Part shown: positions 1-15,700 of the stretch, piece after piece
Layout: every line of letters begins with the position of its first letter
Position numbering within the stretch: position 1 is the stretch's first letter
NCBI GenBank assembly: GCA_029717555.1
Contig: JAMDHS010000078.1
Span: forward strand, 1-64,000
DNA: 64,000 nt
Direction: 5' to 3'
Origin: Peribolospora baueri
Lineage: Eukaryota
Translations under genes and position numbers: made by a program
Notes under the pieces: model-generated
Seen by the model: the letters and a program-made list of their open reading frames with translations, nothing else
Databases searched by the model: none
Told to the model about the DNA's origin: nothing

Positions 1-35
<35 letters not shown>
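1..35. repeat. poly(A) homopolymer at window start
   Basis: 35 consecutive A residues, cut by the window edge, just beyond the 3' end of the minus-strand DOPA dioxygenase-like gene. Confidence 0.9.
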
Positions 36-38
<3 letters not shown>

Positions 39-49
39 GCTCTTGTCAG

Positions 50-1007
50 TCAGATCTTTGCTCGGCCCCCCATACGCGACGCGAGCACCCGACGGGGGGC
101 CGCTCTCACCATCTCAATGTCCAGCGGGATCCTCTCGCCCATCCATGTCGCCCGCTCGGTATCTGTGCGGGGGTGGACACCGCGATCGCCATTTACATTT
201 GTGTCAGTCCAGCTTTGGCATACGGGGCGGAGAAAGAAAGAGAGAGAGGAACTCACGATCACCAATGGGATCGTTCGTGTTCGGATGGATGAGCACGCTT
301 AACGGCCCTCGCTTTCCGACGAGGAAGGGAACAAAGGCGCCAAACTGGGCGGGTGTGAAGAGGTTGACCTCGAACATGGCCACCGGATGGGGGCCCACGG
401 GCTTGTCCCAGAATTTGTAAATCCTGGGTGTGCGGCGTCGTGAGATAGGTTTCGATGAAAGAAAGCGTTGAGGCAGAGTGGGTCGTGCGTCCACGAATCG
501 TCCGGCGGCGGAGGCTAGCTCACCTCAGTTCGGGGAACTCGTGGCGGATGCGCTCGTAAAGGTCTTTGGCGTGCTGGACCTGGTCGGGCGAGTTCTGGAA
601 GTGGTAGACTGCATGGCACAAATCACCACCCCGGGCAAACTCTGCTCAGCGCCTGCCTGCATATAGTCTCAGGGATGCCTTTAAAGCGGCGGCCAGGGCG
701 CGACGTCGACTCACTGTGAACGTCGAAGCCGTTGTTCGAGTTGCTGATCGGCGCTTGGAACTCTTTGTACGCAGGACTCAGCACGCCGTCACGAGCACCG
801 GGGTTGACCAGACTCTTCCTGGGCAGATGGCGAAAGAGGGCGTCAGCGCGGGCCCAACTCTGGTCTCTGGTCGTGATCCTTGGCGAGGCGAGACAGAGGA
901 CGGGAGAGATGACGACCGGCGCACCCATCGGCAGAGACTTGCGTCGGAAGAGCAGGCTGGCCCTCCCAAGGCGTACCGGCGAGCGGGGAGGGGTATGGTG
1001 CAGGCAT
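50..1007 (-). CDS. Fungal DOPA 4,5-dioxygenase family protein (about 5 exons)
   Basis: Spliced product: MPAPYPSPLAG...GKSLVNP...GFDVHIYHFQ...ERIRHEFPELRIYKFWDKPVGPHPVAMFEVNLFTPAQFGAFVPFL...GPLSVLIHPNT..DHTERATWMGERIPLD. The H-x-Y, GPHP and SVLIHP motifs are typical of the family. Introns at about 714-609, 523-424 and from 256 keep the frame. The exact 3' end is uncertain because of a possible extra intron. Confidence 0.85.
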
Positions 1008-1361
1008 GGAAGACGAAACGAAAGGGAGGTGGAGTTGCAAAGAGCGAGCGTGGGGCCCCTGACGGCAGGTAGAGGGATGCAAGACGTTGACGAGGAGATG
1101 GAGGAGCTTGGCCCGTCGTAGTCCTCTGTTAAGTACCTCCCTCGTCTCTCATTCCCAGCTGCTCTGTACGACCGCTGGTCGTCTGATCTTTCTAATCATC
1201 CGGACGATGGTCGACCGTTGCGTTGCGATCACGGCTCGGCTCTTACGGCCGTAAGCGGACTCGGATCGTCCCCGCGTCGCGCGTCAGCCCAGCCAACAAC
1301 GAGCCGACGACGACATACGGCGTCGAAAAAAAGTCGCCGGTCCTCCTCGATTCGACTCGTC

Positions 1362-1956
1362 ATGTCTTCTCAAGTCGCCCCGACGACGCCGGGAAGAAGA
1401 AGAGGAGACGGAGCCAAGGATGCCACCGGGTGAGAGAGCGGGAGCGAGAGCGAGAAAGAGAGAGGCAGGCAAGGGGGCAAGCAGAGCAAGCCAGATAGAT
1501 GGATGGACCAGACCGGGCCGGCTAACCAAGCCGTCAGACGAACGACGGACTGACTGACGGACGTTCGCCGCATCCATCTCGCCCTCATGTGCGCGCCGCT
1601 GCCGACTCCACAAGCTCCGTCCTCGCAAAGCTGGTAAGCTTCAGCATAGCCATGATCGTCGTGCCCATCTCGTCCTACTTTCTCTCCGTGGACAGGTTCT
1701 TTGACGGTGAGCGCACGGGTCCAGTGAAGCCTAGACGGAGAAATGAAGGAGCGGTCCTTCTCATCACACCTCCCTCCTTCGCCCCCTCGATCCCCCGTTC
1801 ATCTCGAAAGGCAACACGACCTACGCAGGCGCGCTGGCAGCGGCGCTCGCCAACGTCGTCCTCGTATCCTACGTCGTCGTCGCCTTGTTCGAGGACGACG
1901 GGAGCAAGGAGGGCAAAGACGGAGACGCGGGGGCGGAGGGCAAGAAGGACGAGTGA
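1362..1956 (+). CDS. VMA21: V-ATPase assembly integral membrane protein Vma21 (3 exons)
   Basis: SVLAKLVSFSIAMIVVPISSYF...GNTTYAGALAAALANVVLVSYVVVALFED gives two TM helices. The C-terminal KKDE* is a di-lysine ER retrieval signal. Introns end at 1614 and 1810. Confidence 0.85.
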
Positions 1957-2393
1957 ATAAAAAGAATAACCAGACCAGGGCGTGCGCTGTCGCTATCGCT
2001 GTCGCTTGAGAAGGATTAACACACGGGATCGATTGATTCATCGTACAGCTCGCCTGTCCGTTCGCTCGGCAAAGCGACCGTCGAAAGGGGGCTTCTCCTC
2101 CGACGGACGAAAGGAAAGGGGAAGAAGGAGCAACAAGAGCTAGTGACAATCGATGAGATCAAAGGGAAGGGAGAGGGAGACGGGAACGGCCGGAAAGGGA
2201 AAGAAATGGAGAGACAGAGAAAAAAAAAACCAAACTAAGGGTATCGAGTGACGGGAGGACGACAAAAACACATGCTGATGCTAGGAAACGAGGAAATAAG
2301 GAAGGAGGGAGGGCAAACTCGAATCGCTGCCCGCAAAGCTAGCCAGGTCCGGCCACCATCTGAACCACCGTAACTTGACTGAGACCCGCACAC

Positions 2394-3788
2394 TCAAGCG
2401 ATCACGCAACCCCCGTGCCCGGCTATGCTCGTCCCCTTCGGCCGCGCCCCTACCGCCACTCGTGCCGCCTCCGCAAACGCCTCGTTCACGCCGCGATTGT
2501 GTTTGGCGGAACATTCGAGATATCTGCAAAAAAAAGGAAAGGAAAGGAAAGGAAAGGAAAGGAAACGAGGGGTCCGTCCGTTGGGTAAGGCGTGTCCAGG
2601 AGAGGCGACGCTCAAGCCAATTCCAGAAAGACCGGGTCAAGCGTGACTCACCGGCTGGCCCTCACTCTCCTGGCTACCGCGAGCCCGGTCTCATAGTCCA
2701 CAGGCCTCAGCCCGTTCCGTCCCAGCTTCTCGATCACCGCCGGGTCGTCTCGGAGGTCGCACTTGAGCGCCACGAGGACCAGCTTGACGCCGGGGCAGTG
2801 TTCGATGATCTCGTCGATCCACTGGGGGCAGAGAAGAGGAGGGACGAGAGCGGATGGCGATTCGAGTTCAGTTCGAGGAAGGGCAGTGAAAACGCGAGGT
2901 CACGTATATCCAAGTCGCGCGAGATGAACACACACCTTGACTTCGACATTCTCCAATGATATGGGATTGTCAGCCTGAAGACGACAAGAAATCGTCAGCA
3001 TAACCAAAAGTCCAGCCGGCGGCCTCGCCGATTGTCGCGGGAGGAGCTCACCGAAAAGCAAAGCATGATGACATGCGTGTCTGCATAGCTGAGCGACCGC
3101 AGGCGGTCGAACTCTTCTTGACCTGCGTGTATTTGAGTGGCGGAGACGAAGAGGAGGAGGCGTGAGAGACGCGTGGAACGGCCGCTGACGGTCTTCCTTC
3201 CACACCCCGGAAGTTCACTGACCTGCCGTATCCCACAAGCTCAACTCGACCGGTTGCTCATCCACCCATACCTCCTCGACGTAATTCTCGAACACTGTCG
3301 GCTCACTTTCACGGGAGGAGGCGGTCTCGTCAGCCGATGGAGATGCCGCTCTCGGACGCCTACGCGGTCGAACTCACTAGACCTGGGGAAAGTACCCGCG
3401 AGTAAAGACGTTCAAGAGCGATGTCTTCCCGCAAGCGCCATCGCCTGTAGAGCGACAAAAAAGAGAAAATGTCGCGTTACAGAAGCAGGGACGTTTAGCG
3501 ACCGAAGGAAGCGAGACGCGCTTTGAGGCGGCCCGGCCCGCTGGGAGGCTCACCTAGGACGAGTACCTTCCTCTGGAGCTGGGAGACACGAGGTGCAAGC
3601 AAGGGCGCGCGAATGGGTCAGTCGAATTCCGCCCCAGTCCCTTCTTTGCCTGATGCATGGTCCTCACACGCTCATCCTCCACCTACACCATCCATGATAC
3701 TGCCGTGCCGCTTTCGACAGCCAGCCGTCCGACTCACCGGGCGTGCTCGTCCAACCGTCTGCGGGGTGGCAGAGCAGAGCGGTGCCAT
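2394..3788 (-). CDS. RHO3: Rho3-type small GTPase (multi-exon)
   Basis: MAPLC (N-terminal Cys as in Rho3)...[37 protein letters not shown]...[22 protein letters not shown]...[12 protein letters not shown]...[16 protein letters not shown]...CVIA* (CAAX). Confidence 0.92.
2536..2565. repeat. (GGAAA)6 microsatellite in the last RHO3 intron
   Basis: Six perfect GGAAA units. They form the polypyrimidine tract on the minus strand. Confidence 0.85.
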
Positions 3789-4881
3789 CCGAGAGTGGGA
3801 ATCTGCGACCAACGCTAATCAGCGGCCGCGACCGGGGGAAGAGGGACAAAAGACGACAGCGAGGGCGACGCTGTCTCTGATTGTGGGGGAGGGAAAGGGA
3901 TTTTGGCGAACGTGAAGGAGGCGAGCGGGGTGGGAATAAAAAAAAGTGGAGTTGCGATCAAGTTGCGAGGCGGAGGCGGGGTTGGGTTGGGTGGGTTGGC
4001 TGCGATCGGGTCGATCGTCGGTTGGCTCCGCTCTCCGCTGTCTATCCGACGTCGATCAACGAACGCGCTCGTTCTCGTCGCTCGCTGCTTTCTGTCCTAC
4101 GGATGACGGACGGGACGCTCGAGGGCGGTGAAGGTGAAGAAGGACGAGGGAACGTCGAGCGATGGGGACCAAGAAAAAAAAGAAGGCGCGGTCGGGAGCG
4201 CGGTCGTGGGTGACGGAGGAGTGGAGCGGAGGTATGAGGCGAGGGCGAGGCGGACCGAGCCGAAGCAAGGGGACGACCGTCCGTCCGTCAAGTCAGGCCG
4301 GAAGTGGGAGCCGTCGAGGCGGGGTGGTGAGGAGGAGAAAGGGAGCGGGGGCAATGTGATGCGATGGTGACAGCGACAGCGACGGCGACGTCGATCAAAA
4401 CTCGAAACTCGATGTCTCGCTCACCCCGTCCAATGATCATCACCCGTCGTCTCTGTCTCTCCTTCGCCTCGCTCTTTCCATAAAAATCATTTTTCGACGA
4501 TCGCCGACGACGACCTTCACAGACGACGATGCCGCAGCAGCCGGCCGGCCGTCGTTCCCATGGCTTACCTCGAGCACAGCCTCAGCCTCGACGTCGGTCG
4601 TTCGTCGTCGACGCCTTGGGCGACGGGTCGTCGGCTCGCCGTCTCACCATCATCGCTGTCATATCCACGCCGAGAGACGAGACCGAGAGTCAACAGGAGC
4701 ACCTTAGGAATAACGGTCGTTCGTTCATTCAATCATGGCTGACGGAATAGACATGAAAATGGACAATCTCGAAAATCGATCAGAATGCGAACGAAGGCGA
4801 CGGACGAGGAAAACACGTCTCGTCTCGGAAAGAGCAAGGAAAGGGCTCGGACTTGACCGATGGACGGACAGACGGCCCCAA

Positions 4882-7800
4882 TCACCTCCCCACCGAGCTT
4901 CCCCTCCTCAACAGCGGATTCGCCCTCTGCAAATGCTCCTGCTCGTCGCTCGTCGTCGTCAACAACTCCTTCTCGACCACGGGCGGACTGGCAATGTTCC
5001 TCACATCCGTCGCATCCATCCCCGCCGGCCCCTTGGCGCTGGCCTTCCACAGCTCGGACATGCTCTTCCGCCGCGTATCCACGTCCGACAAGCCGGCTTG
5101 CGTCTCCGACGGGCGGCGCATCTTGGCGTACTTGGACGGCGCTGACGGGTCGGTAGTGTCCCGCGTTTCGTTTTCGTCTGACAATCCGCGCGGGCGGAGG
5201 GAGAGCAGAGCCAGGTCAGAATGGCGAGATCAGGTCAAAGCAGTGTCCGACGCCTGACTCACCGACAGTGGCGTTCATTGGCACCATCTCCTGAGGCCGC
5301 AACCCGGTGAACGACGTTCGCGATCCTCGACGGCCTCCACCATGGTAAGACAGCGAACTGGCACGAGACACGGGCCTAGATGCAGACGGGCTGACGATGT
5401 TCTCTTCCAGCGTGCCGTCCGCCTTGGCCGCCATGGAGAGACGGCGAGACATAGGCTCCACCTTTACCGGTGGCTGCTCCTCGCCCGGCTGGCTATGGTG
5501 GCGCCGGTGGTACGCGATCTCCGCTTCCGCCGTCGTCATATCTTGGGTCGCTTCTGCAACGTCACCGGGCAGATTCTTCGGTCAAGATCTGGCAAACCAT
5601 GGCCTCACCGTGACGGACACGCCGCCGTGACGCCTGATCTAATGTACTCACCTTCTCCGATGGATCTCCGTATGTCCCGATGATGGAACTCTTCCGTCAG
5701 CGGCGGTCTCCTGTGCTCGCGCCCCTCAATGTCCAGACCGTCACCATGCGCGTCTTCAGGGTCTGGCAACCCGCTAAGGTCGAGCGTGGCCCTCATCATC
5801 GAGTACCCCCTCCCGCCTCCCTCACGGCCAAACATCTTTTCCGCCACATCGCCTTTGCTCACTCGCGGCGGGGAGGCAATGTGCTCCGGTAGCGTGGCGT
5901 CGCGCGAGGCCTCATCGGAGAGCACGTGAGACATGGACGACGGAGGAGGACGGTGAGAAGCGGGAGCGTAGCCGTGCTGTTCCTCCGTGGACAAATAGAA
6001 CTCCCTCTCATCGTAGTACGGGATGGACGAGCGGGAACCTCGGTGGGAATAGGCTTGCATCCTGCTCGCCGCATCGCCGTGCGGGTCGATGGGCGGGCTG
6101 GTAAACCGATACAAAATTCAAGTCAGCGGGATGCAAGGAAACGCAGGCCGCCAATAGAATGCTCACTTGTAGATAGAGTGCGCGGTGGTGGTGTCCCTGC
6201 GCGCCGTTTCGGAGAGTGATCGGCCCATCGTCTTGAACTCGGGCTCCTCGTCATCGTCGAAGACCGCGTTCTCGTAACTCGGCGTGGCGACGGGCGGACG
6301 TCTGCGTCACCATCGAAGACCAAGGTCAGAGATCAGAATCCCTTTCAAAACGAAAACATCATTCTTCAACTCCTACTAACCTGATAGCTTCTTCGCCCGT
6401 CGTGTCCTGTTTCGCCGTCGTCGTCAAGCTGGCACTCATGCTCTGAAGCCTCTTGCGCGGCTGAGCCGGCGCCTGCTCCTCACCCTCTCTCGCGTAGCTG
6501 GACGGCGGTTGACTCGAGAAAGGGTTTTCGAGTTTGCTGAGCACGTCCCCACGAAGATGAGGCACGCTCCCAACCGCACGACGAAACGCCTCGCGAGCAG
6601 CAATGGCCGTGCCCGGGGTGAAGCCACCAATGGAAGGCTGACGAGAGACGGTGGTGCTGACGCCCTGTTGCTTGTCCACCCCTTGCTCCGCGGGAACGGC
6701 GGTGGGAGCGTCGCTCGAAGGTGTGGGAGAGGGAGCGGACGTCCATGGCTCGACAACACGGCGCACCCAGCTCTCAATCACTTCCTTGGTCTCGCCGGCG
6801 ATGTAACCCTTAGCGAGCGGCCACAGAAGCTTGGAGAAGACGGAGGTAGTCTCGCGGATGTTAATCTCCTCGCTCTCCACTTTGACGTCTACGCCGTCCA
6901 GCACCAGTCCTGCGCCAAAGCCGCCAAAGCCGAGACCGAGTCCCTCGGCCCATTTGGCCAAAGCCTGTTTGACGGTGGAAGGTGAAGAGTTCGGAGTATT
7001 AGAGAAGGACGGGGACAGCGCAAGATCGATGTCGGCCTTGATGTGCATATCCAGAGTGCCGTTCTCGGCCATGTCGACAAAGCCCTTGCGCTTGTACGTG
7101 AAGCGCACGTTCTTGGCATCCAGTACAATTCCTTGTAGCTTGATGACCACGCTGTTGCTCGCCCCCAGCGAAGGCGATTTGGAGGCCAGGTCGAGTGACG
7201 AGTCGGTCTGCACTGAGATTCGGGCTGGCACGACGTCCTCTGCCGAGAGCTGGATCTCATCGAGGGTATATTCGTAGCCGTCGTTCGAGCTAGTAGGTAG
7301 GAAGAGACAACGGAGGTGTTCGTGAGTTGCGACTTGCACATCACCCCGAGGCGTGTCACTCACGTTTCAATCTTGGCCAAATTAATGCTCACGGCGTCCT
7401 TCGCCAGCGCCCTGATAGCCTCCACGACCTCAGCCAGGCTGCCCGTCCTGAACGCAAGCTCTCCGTCCTCTTTGATGACGACGAAATCCTCCATCAGCCT
7501 CTTTGAATCGCGCAAAAGCTTGGCCACGCGGCTGTTTCCCAGTAGCCCGGCGGAGATGCGCTCCCACTGCTCGAGGATGGTGGCCAGAGCGCTACGCTGA
7601 GGTTCCGACTGAAGGAGCGCAGCGGACCAGCCCTCGACGAGGATGGCGAGCCGATGGCTCGTCTCCAACGGCGCGTATACGTATCCGAGAGGATGGCGTT
7701 CGAAGACCGGCGCGGCGCGGTCGCCATCCACGTCTACCGACGGAGGCAGGGGATTGGCGAGGAAGTCGTGAGTGTCCTTGGCGACGGCTTCGACCGCGGG

Positions 7801-9675
7801 ATCAACATAGGTGAAGAAGGCGGCGATGGCGCGAACGAAAGGACGGACAGGCACGCCGCTAAGCTGCTCAACCATCTCGCGCAGAGAGTGGAGACCGCGA
7901 GCAAACTTGGCGCTCGAACTGTTTCCGTCAGGAAGCGATGACGTGTCGAAAAGTCGCTCTACGAGCCCGTTGATGAGAGTCAGGCGGGTGTAAGATGAGA
8001 GTGTAAGCAACTGAGCAATGGTATCTATGGAACGGAGAAGGATGGACAGGTAGACGGGAGAGCCCGTGAGCTTGGCGCGGAGAGAGGCGATGGCCGCGGA
8101 AATCGCTTCGCCGGGAGAGGCGGGAGCGGGGACAGGCGTGTACACGCGCTGGAAGGGCGAAAGGCTCGGCAGTCCGGTGAGGGCGGTCTTGAGAGCCGAA
8201 ACAAATGATGTCATGCTGTTATAGAAACGGACGGATAGTGAGTGATCGGACGTAGGGGTGAGGCAAGGGAACATCCTCACATGTCTTTGAAGTCGGGTTC
8301 GCTCAGCAAGAGAAGGGTGACTTCCTTGAGTTGGTCGGCCAAGTCATCGACGAGGACGAGCATGTGGGCAGCTTGCCTAGTCTGAAGGCTGTTCACGCCG
8401 GAGACCTCTGGCAACGAGGGGAGGGAAGGGGGCGCAACCATGTGTGAGGACTCTCAAGGCCCTAGTGGCAGGCTTTTGACGCATACATGTCCGCACATGC
8501 TCTCCCGACTCACCCTTGATCTCCTCCGGAGCGACCTTGAGGGCATTCCAAACATCATCCAACTTGGGACCCAATCCTGCCCCTCCCTCGCTACGAAGAT
8601 CTCTCAGGGCCTTGAGAAAAGACTGGGCGTCCGAACCGATCTTCTCTACCCTCTCCTCGTGCGTCATCTCTTCCCAAGCCTTGGGCGCCGGGGGGTAGAG
8701 GAGCTCGTTGAACCTCGCGTGTGAACTGGTGAAGCTGGCGAAGGGGAAGTTAGGGATCTTGTAACGGTCTGCACCAGCACGGGACGGGCTTGCAATGTTG
8801 GGGAGCATGGACGACTCGGAGACGGCCTCCGACTCCACGCCAGCCATGGAGAGGCGGCGACCGAGCATGGCCGACGGCTCTCGCGCGACCTCCGAGGGCC
8901 GGCGCGCCCACTTGGACTGCTGTGGGCTGTGGCTGCGCGACTCCGAAGGCCTTCCGGCGCCGCCTTTGCCAGGTGCGACGGACCAACGGCGGGCGGCATA
9001 ACCCTCCCCGGCGACGCTGGTTGGAGGCCTCGAGGCTGCCGATTCGCGGCGACCATGCGAGGGTGAAGGCACGCCGGCATAATAGGATGACGGGGTAGTG
9101 CCGGTGGACGAGTGGAAGGAGGCAGCTCGCGCGAGCTTGCCGGCAGTACGGGCTGGAAATGAGCCGGGGTGGATGGGAGCGTCTAGGTGAACGGGATGCT
9201 CTGCAGGGACGTAGCGAGGGTCAGCGTAGCCCGGCTGGAGCGGCCCGCCGGTGGCGTCGTCGAAGATCCTGGCCGTGGCGGCGCCGGCGAGCGAACCGGC
9301 GAGACTGCTCCTCCTGGCGAGCGCATGGGGACGCACGCCCGAGGCGGGGAACGGACTGGTGGCTGCAATCTTATTCCCCGAGGGTTCGACGGGAGTGATG
9401 CTGGTCACCGTCGGCGAGCCGCGTGCTTGCTGGTGGTCGTCGCGATTGATGGGCGTGAGCGGCTTGAGCGAGAGACCGAGCCTGGCAACGTTGAAGCCGC
9501 CGCCACCGGGATTGAAACTGCTCGAGGTCATGGACCCTGCGCGAGAACGAGGGAGGCCAGCCTGCCCGGCCTGGGACGAGCCGGTTCCGTCGACGACGGA
9601 GGGGCGACGAGAGCCGGCGGTGGAGGATGCGTCCATGAACGAAGTGCGCCGGGCAGGGGCGTGGGTCGTCGACAT
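4882..9675 (-). CDS. Large (roughly 1400 aa) protein with a central HAM-1/DUF4449/DUF5923-like (BPI/TULIP-like) region and long disordered termini
   Basis: ORFs 8377-9675, 7360-8280, 6359-7363, 5605-6114, 5216-5539 and 4882-5184, plus short exons near 8.3 and 6.2 kb, join in frame through GT..AG introns. The central part (YEYTLDEIQLSAEDVVPARISVQTD...IKLQGIVLDAKNVRFTYKRKG...NGTLDMHI) resembles the fungal HAM-1-like family from memory. Confidence 0.6.
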
Positions 9676-10117
9676 GGCGAGCGAGGCAAAGGCGTGTGTG
9701 TGATCTCGCTCGGTGAGTCGAAGTGGAAGTGGGGGGGGGGAGGAATGAAAGAAGGTGGAGATGGTAGGAGGGAGTGGGAGGCGATGACCAGCCTGATGTC
9801 GACGAGCGCTGCCTCTCGTCCGCCCACCGATCCCCCCGCACGCGCGGTGACGGTGGGCGGGAGCAATCAGGAAGAATCTTTCCTATTCAGGCAAACTCCG
9901 CGAGAATCCTCTCATCTGCGCGCCAACCCACGTCGGCCGACGCTGACGAACGAACGCTGCTTCGCTCCTTCTTCGACGGTGACTTCTCTTTCTTCTCCGA
10001 CAAACGCACAGACGGATCGCGAATCTCCCTTCAAAAGGCGACGACTGGCATTGAGTACATAGTCTAAGCACATCATATCGCACCCCCAACGACGTAACCG
10101 ACCCTCCATCAAGACCA

Positions 10118-12156
<2,039 letters not shown>

Positions 12157-12768
12157 GGTGCGTCGGAGATACGTTCGCGCTGGTGATCGGTGCGGGTACG
12201 GGGCCAAGTAAGAGGTGTTTGAAACTGAATGGAAGGGGAGACAGCTGGGCGTTGCGGGCGTGAAGGAGGTCAGGAGGCGAACGTCGAGATGGATGAAGTG
12301 AAAGATCGACTTGAATGCGAGCAGGCGTGAAGATGGAAAGCCGCCGTCGAGTTGGTCGGAACGCGTAACCGTCTCGATCAGATCAAGTCGTAACCCTACT
12401 CTCGTCCACCGTTCTCACGCCTGCGTCCCGATGCCACGAACGCCATTGGTGAACGCCAACGTCGTCCAGGAGCGTTCTTCTCGCCCCTTCCATCCTCCTT
12501 GCCATTTAGACGTACTCCGTCTTCGCTTCTTCGTCGAGGACCTTAACCTCCCTCGCGTCGAGACGGCCTTTGCGCCTTTCTACCGTTTTTTCTCCTCTCA
12601 CATACCCTACCCTCTGGTTTGTTCTTCCTTCGCCCGCCTTCGTGAGCACCTGCTGGCATCGGAGCGGATCGCTCGCCGTCAACCCCCGACCCTCCTCCCT
12701 CCCCATTATTCCTTCCATCATCCCACCCTCGACCCTGCCCTATTTGCTCCAGCTTCCCACCATACGCC

Positions 12769-15700
12769 ATGGCTGAGCAAAGGCCCATCGTCTTCTCCGA
12801 GCATGTCCAGCTCACCGCCCTCGGCATCCAGGCCGACAGCATCGGATTCCAGACGCTCACTATGGAGTCCGATCGCTTCGTGTGCGTGCGGGAAAAGGTT
12901 AACGAGCAGAACTCCGTCGTCATTGTTGATTTGGCCGATGCGAATAATGTGTGAGTGTTCCCGTCATACGTGCTCGGCCTCTCGTGTGCTGCGATTGAAG
13001 GCGAGTCTGGATTGGTTTTGAGGTATGCTCCCGAGGCGGTGGTTATGAGACGCAATGGCCGGTGACGGGGGAAGCGGAGGGAGGAGGTCGCGGCTAGATA
13101 GGCTTTCGCAGATCTCAAGGCAATCTTGGGCTCGTGTAACCTTCGATCGGAGAGCGTCATGTCAATGGGTTGGAGATATCAGTGATTGCCAGAGGGCGTT
13201 GATCGACGCCGGTTGTGACGCTGACACTGTACTTTTATCCTTTGCCGTCAGCATGCGCCGACCGATCACTGCCGACTCCGCTATCATGAACCCGACTCAG
13301 AAAATCATCGCTCTCAAAGGTGAGCTTTGCTGCTCGTCGGGTTTGATCATGCGTCTGACCCACTCACGGCCTTCTGGTCACGCACGCAGCCGGTCGCCAG
13401 CTGCAGATCTTCAACATCGAAGCCAAGGCCAAGGTCAAGTCTCATATGATGAACGAGGACGTGACCTTTTGGAAGTGGATTTCCCCCGCGACCATCGGCC
13501 TCGTGACTGAGACCGCCGTATATCACTGGCAGCTCGAGGGGGGCGATGCATCGACGCCGACAAAGGTGTTTGACCGACATGTCTCCCTCGCCGGCTCTCA
13601 GATCATCAACTACCGCGCCTCGGCAGACGAGAAATGGCTCGTCCTCATCGGTATCAGCGGCAACACGGGTAACAACCCCAACGCGTTCCGGGTCAAGGGC
13701 TCGATGCAGCTCTACTCTCGCGATCGCGGCGTGTCCCAACCCATTGAGGGTCACGCGGCTTCGTTCGCCGAGCTGAAGGCGGACAACGCACCTGAACCGT
13801 ACAAACTGTTTACCTTCGGCGTCAGGACGGCGACGGGAGCGAAACTGCACGTAGTGGAGATCGACCACAACGCTGCCAATCCCGTCTTCCAGAAGAAGGC
13901 TGTCGACGTCTTCTTCCCGCCAGAGGCTACCAACGACTTTCCGGTTGCGATGCAGGTCTCGAAGCGTTTCGGCATCATCTACCTGGTGACCAAGTACGGC
14001 TTCATTCACCTATACGATCTCGAGACCGGCACGTGCATCTACATGAACAGGATATCAGGTGAAACCATCTTCGTCACTGCCGAGCACGAGGCCTCGAGCG
14101 GTATCATCGGTGTGAACAGGAAGGGTCAAGTGCTCTCCGTCTCCGCAGACGAGAACACCCTGGTGCCCTACATCCTTCGCACCTTGAACAACACCGATCT
14201 CGCATTCAAGCTCGCCAGTCGTGGCAACTTGCCTGGTGCGGACGACCTATACCTCCAGCAGTTCCACCAGCTTTTCAGCACCGCCCAGTACAACGAGGCT
14301 GCTAAGGTTGCTGCGAACAGCCCCAGGGTGAGTCGTCAATTAAATGTTTTTAATGTTCAAGCGCGAGACCGGGTGCACTGACAGGCGCCACCTTACTTGT
14401 GGACTTCCGCTCTCTCAGGGTATCCTGCGCACGCCTCAGACCATCGAGCAGTTTAAGCAGGTGCCGACACAGCCAGGCACTCTCTCGCCTATCCTGCAAT
14501 ACTTTGGCATCCTGCTCGAGAAGGGAGAGCTCAACAAGTACGAGTCGCTCGAGCTTGCCAGGCCTGTGCTGGTCCAGGGCAGGAAGCAGCTTCTTGAGAA
14601 GTGGTTGAAGGAGAATAAGGTGAGTTTGCCGAAGGAGCAGCATTCGAAGGAAGTTCACGCCATTTGCCGGTTTTCCAAGGCCGATATGACCGACCGTAAC
14701 ACTCAACCGCTCGTTTGCCCATGCAGCTCGAATGCAGCGAGGAGCTCGGTGACATCGTGCGGGCGCACGACATGACCCTTGCTCTTTCGGTGTACCTCCG
14801 CGCAAACGTGCCCAACAAGGTCATCGCTTGCTTCGCCGAGACGGGTCAGTTCAACAAGATTGTCCTGTATGCCAAGAAGGTCGGCTATACTCCCGACTAT
14901 CCCGCGCTGCTGCAGCACATTGTGCGGATCAACCCGGAGCAGGGTGCAGAGTTCGCCTCTTCGCTCGTCAACGACGAGGCCGGTCCGATGGTCGATGTCG
15001 AACGGGTGGTGGACATCTTCATGGGCCAGAACATGATCCAGCAAGCCACGAGTTTCCTCCTTGACGCCTTGAAGGACAACAAGCCGGAACAGGCGCACCT
15101 CCAGACCCGGTTGCTCGAGATGAACCTTGTCCACGCCCCCCAGGTTGCCGATGCAATCCTTGGCAACGAGATGTTTACTCATTATGATCGACCCAGGATT
15201 GCTAACCTTTGCGAGAAGGCTGGTTTGCTCCAACGGGTGAGTCGGGCTTTCCGCGCGGAAGGGAAAGCGACCTTACCCGTGCAAAGGTGGACGGACGCGC
15301 GCTGATACGAACTGCGGGCCCTTGCATATCCATAGGCATTGGAGCACTACCAGGACACTGCTGACATCAAGCGCGTGGTCGTTCATGCCAACTTGCTTAA
15401 CTCGGAGGTACGTTTGATATGTGTGTCCGACATTCTGTTCGATATTTGTGCTCACCCATCTTAACCCTCTGGGATCATAATTTCCTGTAGTGGCTCGTAA
15501 ACTACTTCGGCAAGCTTACCGTCGAGCAGTCCTTTGAGTGCATGAAGGAGATGCTCAAGGTCAACATCCGACAGAATCTGCAGATCGTCGTCCAGATCGC
15601 AGTCAAGTACTCTGACCTCCTCGGCCCTGTCAAGCTCATCGAGATGTTCGAGTCTTTCAAGTCATTTGAAGGCCTTTACTACTATCTTGGCTCGGTCGTC

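Noticed and set aside
1..35. poly(A) as a retroposon or processed-pseudogene tail
   Set aside because: It is cut by the window edge, the adjacent gene has introns and lies on the opposite strand, and similar homopolymers occur elsewhere (37757-37806).
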